Positions 1 to 10,136 of a stretch of 64,000 nucleotides of DNA are shown piece by piece. A program made the translations under genes and the position numbers. The stretch is from Paraphysomonas bandaiensis (taxonomy: Eukaryota; Protista; Chrysophyceae): NCBI GenBank assembly GCA_965644295.1, contig CBFFRP010000303.1, positions 1 to 64,000 on the forward strand. The letters are read 5' to 3'. The notes below the pieces were generated by a model, which saw nothing but the letters and a program-made list of their open reading frames with translations, was not told the DNA's origin and did not search any database. Every line of letters begins with the position of its first letter. Within the stretch, counting starts at the first letter, position 1.

Positions 1-723
1 CAGTAGAGCTAAGATTGTTATGACGGGTTTGCGCAAGAGCTTGACTTCTAATCATTTAAAGATACTTGTGTTTTTACACATGAATCGTCTCCTCTGGAAT
101 GAAATACCAGTTGAGGTAGCTATATTGGAAGCTAGTGTATATTAGTGGTAAATAATTGCAATTAATTGCAATAATTAAAATTGAGACAGCAAAAACGTAA
201 TAATTGCCATTATAATTGACTACAACCTGCGTCAATAATTATTAATTGATGGTATGTTAAAAATGTGTCAATTTATTGACATTGTTGAGTTTTGCTGTTT
301 GTGAGAAATTAAAAGCCGTAGTTTCTAAGATATTATAACCGTTACTCAAAGAATACAGTGTAGTAACTATAACCGTATAATGAGAACAAATGATATTTTA
401 GCTATTGTAGTACTGAAACTGAAATATATTGACTGTACAAGATAGTGACGATGATGTAAGATCGTACAAGAAATGGTTGGTGTAGCAATGATATATCGAG
501 TTGGCGAATGACAGTGACCGATGAATTATATCTCTCATAATTTTAAAGTGTTTATCTATATAAGCGTTAAATTTCGTAGTAAAAGTTCAACTACTAATTA
601 TATCGTTTTTTTCTAACGGACATTTAAGTGAAGTATATTGTAGTCAATTGTAGTTGCAATAACTATTTATTGAGAGATAATTGCAATTATTTAAAAATGA
701 ACTCATTTTGTTACGCAGCCCTG
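1..723 (+). mobile_element. 3' end of a hAT-superfamily DNA transposon: transposase C-terminus at 2-145, AATTG-rich subterminal region, right TIR ending ...TTACGCAGCCCTG
   Basis: Frame from nt 2 reads SRAKIVMTGLRKSLTSNHLKILVFLHMNRLLWNEIPVEVA..., matching the hAT C-terminal dimerisation pattern (FSxAKxVxTxxRxSL...FLxxNxxLW). The terminus reverse-complements to CAGGGCTG, like the ends at 54483/55210 and 63063. Confidence 0.75.
283..618 (+). mobile_element. Solo LTR (same family as the LTR core at 23272-23540) inserted in the hAT element
   Basis: Starts TGTTGAGTTTTGCTGTTTG like 23272; flanked by 5-bp direct repeat GACAT (278-282, 619-623). Confidence 0.8.
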
Positions 724-910
724 TGAGAACGACAAAATGTAGGAGACCTCATACTATGATGATCGTGGGAGTGCGAAAAAGTGGCAACGACCAGCTGTTT
801 GGTAGATCGATTGAAGTAAGCAGAAAGAAGCATATATTATACAGTCACCATGAAAACAGAAGATGATGCTGGACTTGGCGGCTATATGATGTATTTCTTT
901 TAATGTCCAT

Positions 911-1377
911 CATTAACAAAGTCGGACTCGCACCATGTCGTGGTGTTCTGGGGGATATTTCACCGGAAAACTAATGTGAGCCGCATAATATATATATAGT
1001 CAGCAGATAATATTCTGCCCACTCATAGCCAAATGCTTGTGTGGTACAAGGGACACTAAATTATAAGTCTTTGGACTTAGGCAAATAAACAGGCATCCGG
1101 GAATGGGCACCTCAAGGGCATCCAGGGTCCAGGGTATTGGGATGCCTACGATTGAAGTCAAGCATCCGGGCTGTTCACCTTAAGGACTCAAAAATCCTGA
1201 AGTCAGCAGATTTCAGGAATAGCAACATTCTGCTTGCTTACTGCGTTTGTTTTGAGTGATACAGTTAAGAAAGCGAAAGTGTTTGCACCTTGGTGCTTGC
1301 GATGATACACAAGAAGCTTCGGAACGTTACATTACTTCTGACTTTTACACGCCTATTGCTATTAAAATACGACATCA
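911..1377 (+). mobile_element. Short ribozyme-headed retroposon, copy 1 (degenerate)
   Basis: Colinear with 38559-39109, 47981-48276 and 55274-56079 (AACAAAGTCGGACTCGCA...CTGCCCACTCATAGCC...GCACCTTGGTGCTTGC...). Confidence 0.8.
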
Positions 1378-1458
1378 TGGTCTCCTGGTTGAGTACTCTG
1401 CCAGTGGAATGGATACTCTTGGCGGGTACCACAGTTATTCAATATCTCCCGTCTAATT

Positions 1459-1900
1459 TAATTGAGCAGGGCTAATATGTCTCTAAGTAGCAAATGTTAG
1501 ATGGATTGCGTAGCCAGTGTTTTCCTGCAGGTTGTGACTAAGAGAAATGGAAGAATCAAAGTTGCAGGGCATTAATGAGCACTATAATACTGTTAGTGAA
1601 TGCATTGTGGATTGATTGTTGCGTTTCTGGTTTCTGGAATAATCTTTTGATCAGTACAAAGATTAAACGTATATGCGGGACATAAATGAGATTTTTTAGA
1701 AATGTATAATTCACAATTTTCACACACTGCTGAAATCAAGACAATGAGTATATCAACTTTATAGCGATCTACTTCAGTTCGCACTGCCTCATCTGCAAGC
1801 CTCCATACTACGTCACAATAGACTTAATATAAATTCGCTTCTATCTCGGAGCAGCAATCTTCGTCGGAATTCCAATCATTGATTGTTTCTTCTTCCGTGT
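1459..1900. repeat. 442-bp direct duplicate of 7525-7966 (last ~25 codons and 3' flank of the aminotransferase gene)
   Basis: Identical by eye; the same 63-aa ORF is called at 1593-1784 and 7659-7850. Confidence 0.95.
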
Positions 1901-2030
1901 TAGCGATCAACTCTTTTATTCTCCATCAACCCAAATTCTGATATACTGCTTGCAAATTTTATTTCGACGATGCTATTGCATGGGGATGATTGGTGGTGGT
2001 GTAAGTATTAATTTAAGCTTTTAGTTAGTG

Positions 2031-5000
2031 TATTGAGAAAAGCTCATTTTACACTAGATCACAGAGAGAATTTGTCGTAAGACTAGATAGATTTATTAGT
2101 ATCGTTTACACGAAGTTGTGATAACCAACACTAACTCATTATAATCCCTGCATAATATCCTACATATGCGAACCTCTCGTTACTGAACATATCTTGAAAG
2201 GTCAACCTATTTCAGTTTCTCAATATCATCACAGCATTTGTACATCACTATATTTCACTGTATTCTCGTACATTGTCTTCAAGTGACATACTGAATATAC
2301 TAGAATAAGATCCATATTCTAATACTCCCACTCAATGTAGAATGCAGTGAGACAAAACAACAGTGATCACAATAATCTGATAATGCTATGACTATCTAGT
2401 CCCATAGGTAAAAACAGATGTGAAATCTTTTAAAGATACATATATACCTAGCAGTCAACTAGATATACAGTTATGTGGGATTTTCACCCACTAAAACACA
2501 CCTTTAACCTCTTCGGGGTCGTTTCTTCTGCTGCTCCTCCACACTGTTAGACACACTCCTCTTAACCCCGGTAATCGTTTTCTCATGACGACTGAAGATC
2601 TTCGTGGACAACGCCTTTGTAAAAATATCAGCCGCCATATCATCCGTAGATACATGAATCAATTTTGCTGTAGGAAATTTGCCATTAACATGTTCTCTTA
2701 TCCAGTGATACTTGATGTCAATATGCTTCGACCTCTTATGATACACTGGATTCTCTGAAAGATCCTTTGCACTCTTACTATCCATAAAGAATGGAGTCGG
2801 CTTCGTTACCAAGAGTCCGAGCTCCTTGAACACCCCCCGAAGCACACCAGTTCTTGCAAAGCCGCATACTCCGCCATATACTCAGATTCCATGCTCGAAG
2901 TCGCAACTGTGGTCTGAAGCTTGGACTGCCAGGCCAATGCGCCCGCACATAAAAACACGATGTATCCCGTTGTGGATCGCCGAGTCATCCTATCCCCAGC
3001 CCAGTCTGAATCACTGAATACATGTAAATCAAACTCACTCCCACTGAATCTGATTCCCTTATCAACTGTACCACGTAAATATTTCAACAAATGAATAGCT
3101 AATCTGCAAGTCGCATATGTTGGAGAAGTACTAAATCGAGCCAATAACCCCACAGCGTAAGCCAGATCAGGTCTAGTGTGAATCGCCAAATGCAACACCG
3201 CTCCAATAATTCCTCTATACGGAAATGATTCGACCCACTGCTTCTGCTCCTCCGTCAGCTCACGTTGCTCTGCCAACAAGTCCTGAACATTGGTAGGTAG
3301 TGGAGTCTCCTTATTCTTACTGCTCTTTCCCATAAACGAACTGAATTTCTTGACAATATTCTTGGCATATTCCGATTGATCTAACATGTACCAGTCCTCG
3401 CCTCTCGTGATTCTGATATTCAGAAACCGTTTGCACACACCCAGATCATGCATTTCAAACGTTTCGCAGAACCTACGTTTAACACTTTCTAAGTAGGTGA
3501 GATCAGCAGATGCAATGATAATATCATCAACATATATCAGCAATAAGTGCAATTGACCATTACTCCATCGCATATACAAGCATGTATCTAAAATGCAAGC
3601 AGTAAAATGTAACGATTTGATAAACTTGTCAATATGCTTGTTCCACTGCCTCGGTGATGACCGCAAACCATATAAGGCCTTGATCAATTGAAAACACCAC
3701 CCCGCTGGCAACTCTTCATCAGGTGGAGGTGCCATATACACATCCTCTTCAAGATCGGCATAACAAAACGCTGATGATACGTCCAACTGATGTACATGCA
3801 TATGAAACATAAAGGCAATTGCAAGAACCAGTCGAATGGTTATTCCTTTGACCACTGGAGCAAACGTGGACTGCTCCTCCTCCGTTTTTTCTTGTAGATT
3901 CCCTAATGCAACCAGCCGCGCCTTATACTTGACTACGTTCCCCAGAAGGTCTCTCTTCACCGTGTGAACATACTTTGCTCGCACCAACTTCACTCCTCGT
4001 GGAGTCCGCACAATCTTTAAGACACGTCTCTTCAGTAGTGAGGTCTTCTCCACCTTCCGAGCTTCTCGCCACTTCATGTACTGTGGAGATCTCTCCGCTT
4101 CAGCATAGGAGTCTGGTATCTTAAAGTCATCATGTTGAAACTCTGCATGCTTAAAGTTAACAGTGCATGCATCTGGCACCTCAACCATATTTATTTCTCC
4201 TAACACCGATGCGTTCGCCAACCTACGCTGTAGCCGTTTCCATCACCATCTAGTTCAATAGGTCGTCTAGTAGATATATACGAACCCATACCTTGCTCAT
4301 CCTGAGCCCGCAAATCTTGCGGTGTGGGAGGAGCCCCGCTCGCATCCCCAGACCCACGGTCTGTCAAGGTCTGCAACCTCACGACTGTCTGTTGACAGGT
4401 TGGGTCAGGACTCTCCTGGAACCCTCCAGGTCTTCCCTGGTCCAGCTCCCTGGCTGGCGTAGTACTCAGGGCGTCCCCCTTTCCTATGTACCCGGTATTC
4501 CCGGGGGTTTCTGCAGTCATACGCACCACGTCTTCGACGTGTATAGGCACCCGGTGCTCTATATGCTCGCGACCTGCAGTAACAAGTGAACGGTATGCTA
4601 CAATCACACCCTTACGTTCTACAACTCTTGTTGTCTTATACAGAAGTCCGTCCTCATCATCAATATGATACGTTCCTTCTAAGCTGACATAGTCGGATGC
4701 AAGCTTGGGTCTAGCGGCCTCCCGCACTCGAAGAGCATCAATCTCTGCGAAATACTTCTCTGATCGTGATGGCGTTGACTCATCAGTCAATATATGGACT
4801 GTAGTCACCACCTTGTTTGATTCAGGAAGATATACATGGTATCCTACCTTCTCATCAGAGTAACCCATTAAATATCCAACTAGAGCCTTATCCTCCCAAT
4901 CCTTTCGTCGATCCGCCTTCGGTGAAAGAACATAAGTTCGACACCCCCATACCCTAAGATATCTCAAATTTGGAGGCTCGCCCGTTAGAAACTCTATAGG

Positions 5001-7524
5001 AGACATATACCCTTTATCTGTTTTCGTTGGCAATCGAATCAAAATATATCTGGCTGCCATGTATGCATCCAGCCAAAATTGCGGTGGCAGTCCAGATTGG
5101 ATTAGCATTGCAAGAGTCATCTCTCCAGCAGTTCTGAACTTCCTCTCCTCTATGGCATTCATTTCTGGAGAGTCTGTTGAGCTCCACGTATGTTGATAGC
5201 ACTCCTGTGTCCTAAGATACTGACGCAGCTCTTCACTGATTAACTCTCCTGCACCATCTGCATGATAGTGCTCCATCTTGAGCTTGTACCTTTTAACATC
5301 TCCTCTAAATAGCTCTTTGAAGACTTCTAAGACCGCTTCCCCAGTTCTGTGGACTAAACCCGTCGCCCAGAACATTTTGCTGGCATGATGCGTTATCTTT
5401 AACACATACCTCTCACCTCCTCTAGCAGGACAATTTAAGTACACAGCGATATCTGCTGAAAAATTCGGTCTAACGGAATTCTCGTCCTTCGTTCGGAAGC
5501 TGACTCGGGTTATCTTAGACCTGGCACACACATCACACAAACACTGATTTTTGTGTACCTTGGCTGTGAGGTGTTTCCGTTTCAACCCTGTACCCATGAT
5601 GAGCATCCTCTTATGTGCCTCTACTAAAGCATGTTTGTTGAAGTGACCCGCTCTCCGATGCAGCAACTCCAGCTCGTCCTCACCAGTCCTATCGCTAAGA
5701 TTTACTTCACAATTACTCGGTGTAGACACATCTGGAAGCTCCAACAGCTGCTGAGTTGGAACTGCAGTCATTCCATTCTTCATGGGTCCCTCCAGTACCA
5801 GTTCACCAGTATTACAGTCATAAATTTGGATCCCATACCACACCGTGAATCGATAGCCCATTTCGTTCAGCTTACGTCCGGAGCACAGGCATCGATTGAT
5901 CTGATCTGAAATTTCTATGTCTCTCCATGCTCCACGGGAACCCACACTTGTGATATGAATCTCTGATCCCTTCTTAGAGCCGTTTATCACCTTTGATGTA
6001 TTCATATGAGTGTCAAGCATGGTCACATCATTCATCAAGAACATTGATGATGAACAGCAGGTGTCAATATATGTATAATGCATGTCATCATTTACACTAC
6101 ATATATTCGTTTCATGTATATTGCATGACAATTTCATAACATCCTCGATCATATTTGCTTCATCTTCATCAGAGAATTCTGCTGGTTCTCCACGCCGTAT
6201 ATTCTCTACTGTCAGCAGCCTTTTGTCCGGCTTCCTACCATGATTCTTCCCTTTCTCTCCTCTTCTAGAATGCTTTTTCTTCGTCGTTGGACAATCAGCA
6301 GCAAGATGTTCCAGAGACTTGCAATTTCTGCATCCCGTGTATTCAGCACTTCCAGGACGCTGCCCTGATATCTCTCCATCCTTCTTCCTCTGCTTCCTCC
6401 TGCACTGTTCAGTTGAATGGCTATGAGGAATTCCTTCTTTCCTGCAATATCTACAGTTGCCCTTCTTACGCTTATCCCGTTCCGTTCGAGACCGTTTGCT
6501 CTTTTCAATGAAATTCAGCTCCTCCACCTTCTTGCGTTTCCGCTCTAACGCAATCCTTCCAGGAATGGTATCATCATACCGTTCTATCTTCCTTGATAAT
6601 GTTGCATAATCAACATCATCAGGCATCAAATACAAAGCAACATTCAGAGGAGCATATTCTTCATTCAACAGACCTTCTCGTAACCGTGTTATTTTTGAGA
6701 GCTCCGATATGTCCTGCTGCTGCTCCTGTAGCTCTTTCAGCAGTATTTCAAACCGTATTATATAGTCCTTCGCAGTCTCCTCCGGACGCATACGGAAAGA
6801 GCCATACTGAGTCAACAGTTCACTGATCTTGTTTTGCTTCCCTCCAGCAAAGCACTTCTTCAACTCATCAATCATAATATGCGCCTTAAACCTGTTGCTT
6901 CCTTTTCCATCAGCCTTGAACCCTTTATGTAGAAGATGGAATTTCTGAAGCGCCTTCGAAGATGTTTGCACTGCCTCTCTGCAGTACGAATACGCTATGG
7001 CATTCGCCTTCCAGTACTTCTTCACAGCCTGTCTGTAAGACTTCTCCTCCATTAACGTGAGTGGCTGTTCCCCAAAGTCGCTTTCCTTCGGTGGTGGCTC
7101 CACCGCTACTTCACTTTGCTCTTTCCTCATGAGGAATGTTTCGAAGTCCTCAATCCATTGTTCAACATTGCTCTCATTAAACTGTGGCACTACTCCTCTA
7201 TCCTCCTTCTCTCCTCCTCGCTCGCTACCATGTTGAGAAAAGCTCATTTTACACTAGATCACAGAGAGAATTTGTCGTAAGACTAGATAGATTTATTAGT
7301 ATCGTTTACACGAAGTTGTGATAACCAACACTAACTCATTATAATCCCTGCATAATATCCTACATATGCGAACCTCTCGTTACTGAACATATCTTGAAAG
7401 GTCAACCTATTTCAGTTTCTCAATATCATCACAGCATTTGTACATCACTATATTTCACTGTATTCTCGTACATTGTCTTCAAGTGACATACTGAATATAC
7501 TAGAATAAGATCCATATTCTAATA
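2031..7524 (-). mobile_element. Ty1/copia LTR retrotransposon, element 1 (294-bp LTRs at 2031-2324 and 7231-7524)
   Basis: LTRs differ at one visible base; PBS TGGTAGCGAG directly after the 5' LTR; PPT ATTGAGTGGGAG before the 3' LTR; order gag-PR-IN-RT-RH; no matching 5-bp TSD. Confidence 0.97.
2504..7247 (-). pseudogene. Copia Gag-Pol polyprotein split by two apparent 1-nt deletions (~4238 and ~2843)
   Basis: CCHC knuckles, HHCC integrase zinc finger, DGAGE, RT YVDD, RNase H DSDWAGD and SKHIDIKYH. The three ORFs join into a protein colinear with 26032-30795. Confidence 0.9.
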
Positions 7525-7889
7525 TAATTGAGCAGGGCTAATATGTCTCTAAGTAGCAAATGTTAGATGGATTGCGTAGCCAGTGTTTTCCTGCAGGTTG
7601 TGACTAAGAGAAATGGAAGAATCAAAGTTGCAGGGCATTAATGAGCACTATAATACTGTTAGTGAATGCATTGTGGATTGATTGTTGCGTTTCTGGTTTC
7701 TGGAATAATCTTTTGATCAGTACAAAGATTAAACGTATATGCGGGACATAAATGAGATTTTTTAGAAATGTATAATTCACAATTTTCACACACTGCTGAA
7801 ATCAAGACAATGAGTATATCAACTTTATAGCGATCTACTTCAGTTCGCACTGCCTCATCTGCAAGCCTCCATACTACGTCACAATAGAC

Positions 7890-9338
7890 TTAATATAAAT
7901 TCGCTTCTATCTCGGAGCAGCAATCTTCGTCGGAATTCCAATCATTGATTGTTTCTTCTTCCGTGTCCGGCTCAACATCCGCCTCTGTGTCTGAGGTGTA
8001 CGTTTCTCGGATATTGTGCAATAGCCGCTTTGCAACGGCTTTAGGTGTCGATACAGGGAGCTTGCACAACGCACCGTGAGAGCGTAAAAGCTCTTCCATT
8101 CGATCCAGACCAGCGGAAATATTATCCATACACGGCCCAAAAGACAGACGAATCCATCCATCAAATGCACTCAGCCCAGTCCGTCTGCCCCCGGGATTAA
8201 TGTCGAAGAACTTCCCAGGTCCGACAATGATTTTTTTGTCGAGAGCAGCAGTAAAAAAACCCATACAAGTGTTAAGAGGCTCTGGTAGAGACTCTAAACA
8301 GCACCACATGTAGAAGGTAGCATCACACGGCAAACAACGAAAACCCATACGAGTTAAACGAGAGTACATCATGTCACGTTTCTGAGTAAAGGTATCACGC
8401 AGAGCCCGTGTTTCTGATTGCATATAATCCACCTCGAGCGCTTTAAGCGCCATACATTGAGAGACTGTGCTTGGCCCACCATCAAGAGCACTTCCAGCGC
8501 AACCAATCGCTTTAATGAGCTCCGGTGGACCCACTGCCCAGGCAAGACGCCAGCCAGGGTATCTGAAACTCTTAGTCATTCCATCGATGACAAGTACAGG
8601 ATCAGAGTTGGGATCCACAACATGCTGCGCAGCCGATACTCCCCCGCAATCACTGCCGTCAATGCTGTCCTTGTAGATGAAGTGTGAATAGAATTCATCC
8701 ATTACAAGTAGACAATCGGTGGAACGGGCTGTATGACAGTACGACGACAGCTCCTCTCCCTCAATCAAATGGCCAGTCGGGTTGCATGGATTACTGCACA
8801 TGAATGAGTCCAAGTCTTGCGCCACTTCAGCAAAACGCCCTGGGGTCACTGCAAATGCAGAATCTTCCGTAGTTGAGATATGAACAGGGTCCAAGTCTCT
8901 GTGAGCTGAGTCAAACAACTCCTGATATCCAGCATAGTCAGGAGTCTGATAACCCATACGTCCTTGAAGAACACGAAATAGACGACTGAGCATTAGACGA
9001 CCACCCTGAGCAATGGCAACATTCTCAGCAGTGTATGGCTTCTTCCCAGTGCGATATAGACGATTGTAGTGATCAGCCACCGCCTGTCTCATCTCGGGAG
9101 TGCCGTTTACAGGGCCGTATCCAAAGTGAGAGGAATCAATATCGACAGAATGGATTCTCTCTGGCCCGCACTCCATCTTCTCGGTCTCAGGTTGACCTTT
9201 TCCAAAATTGCACCATTCGGGATCAGAGGGCGAGAAGCCTCTCTTCTCAGCCTCGGCTATTACCCATACCATGCCCATGTAGTCGACGCTACGGATGGGC
9301 GACTTCTTTCTAAGAGAATTTCTTCTACTAGATGGCAT
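7890..9338 (-). CDS. PLP-dependent aminotransferase class I/II
   Basis: Motifs YGPVNG, SNPCNPTG, DEFY and GMTKSFRYPGWRL (PLP lysine); single exon. Confidence 0.92.
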   Translation of the reverse strand: MPSSRRNSLRKKSPIRSVDYMGMVWVIAEAEKRGFSPSDPEWCNFGKGQPETEKMECGPERIHSVDIDSSHFGYGPVNGTPEMRQAVADHYNRLYRTGKKPYTAENVAIAQGGRLMLSRLFRVLQGRMGYQTPDYAGYQELFDSAHRDLDPVHISTTEDSAFAVTPGRFAEVAQDLDSFMCSNPCNPTGHLIEGEELSSYCHTARSTDCLLVMDEFYSHFIYKDSIDGSDCGGVSAAQHVVDPNSDPVLVIDGMTKSFRYPGWRLAWAVGPPELIKAIGCAGSALDGGPSTVSQCMALKALEVDYMQSETRALRDTFTQKRDMMYSRLTRMGFRCLPCDATFYMWCCLESLPEPLNTCMGFFTAALDKKIIVGPGKFFDINPGGRRTGLSAFDGWIRLSFGPCMDNISAGLDRMEELLRSHGALCKLPVSTPKAVAKRLLHNIRETYTSDTEADVEPDTEEETINDWNSDEDCCSEIEANLY

Positions 9339-10136
9339 GTTTTTGAGAGCTCGTTAAGATTGGTAAAGCAAGATTGCAGATCTTTCTTCATTAAAGAGTG
9401 GCGTTGATATAAATCCCGCCACAACAACTACACAATATAATGATTGTATTAATGAATTGTGTTGAGGGTTATGTCGCTAGATGAGTACTATGCTGTATAT
9501 ATATATACACTTACTCCGATCTAGAAACTCCCCCATCGTCATTGTGTCCTAATTTTAACGAAACTTGGACTAGCCATCATATGATTGGTGCAGAGATGTT
9601 CTGTCCGTGGTACGGAGTGTATATTTCCCTTTGAGCTGCTGCTGCTGATTTCAAAGGGAGGGAAAGTGGTAACGGGTATTAATACGGCGGTTTATCTTCA
9701 TATACAGGAGAATACATACTGTATATAAGATGCCCTCAACAGTGGATGAATACACTGCTGTATTCCAGGTAGTGCTGAGAGAACACCACACACGAAGAGT
9801 TCCAAGAACTGTAGAGTGCGGAGTGGGAGTGCGGTGGAAGTACACCATACAACAGCAGTCGTCCCGCAGAAGCGAAGTAGATTTAAGGAAGAAGTCCTAC
9901 CATGTGTAACATCTCTATGTATAAGAATACCCACATATCCATAGCACATCGTACATATAGTATAACACGGTAGACACTTATACAGTACCATTACCTCTAA
10001 TTGTATGCACTTCATATATGATATACACTCACCATACAAGATAATGCCTTGTCTTCCTCTGGCAGTGTAGCGTCCTATCCGGAGGCTGTCCTCTGGTCTG
10101 TGTATGTGTGTGGTCTGGTAGTGTGATAGTTCATAC

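Noticed and set aside
1593-1784. 63-aa ORF present twice (also 7659-7850)
   Set aside because: By-product of the 442-bp duplication of a 3' flank; no coding features.
9455-9745. CCCTCAACA matches at ~9460 (reverse) and 9733
   Set aside because: Only 9 nt, with no further similarity to the retroposon head.
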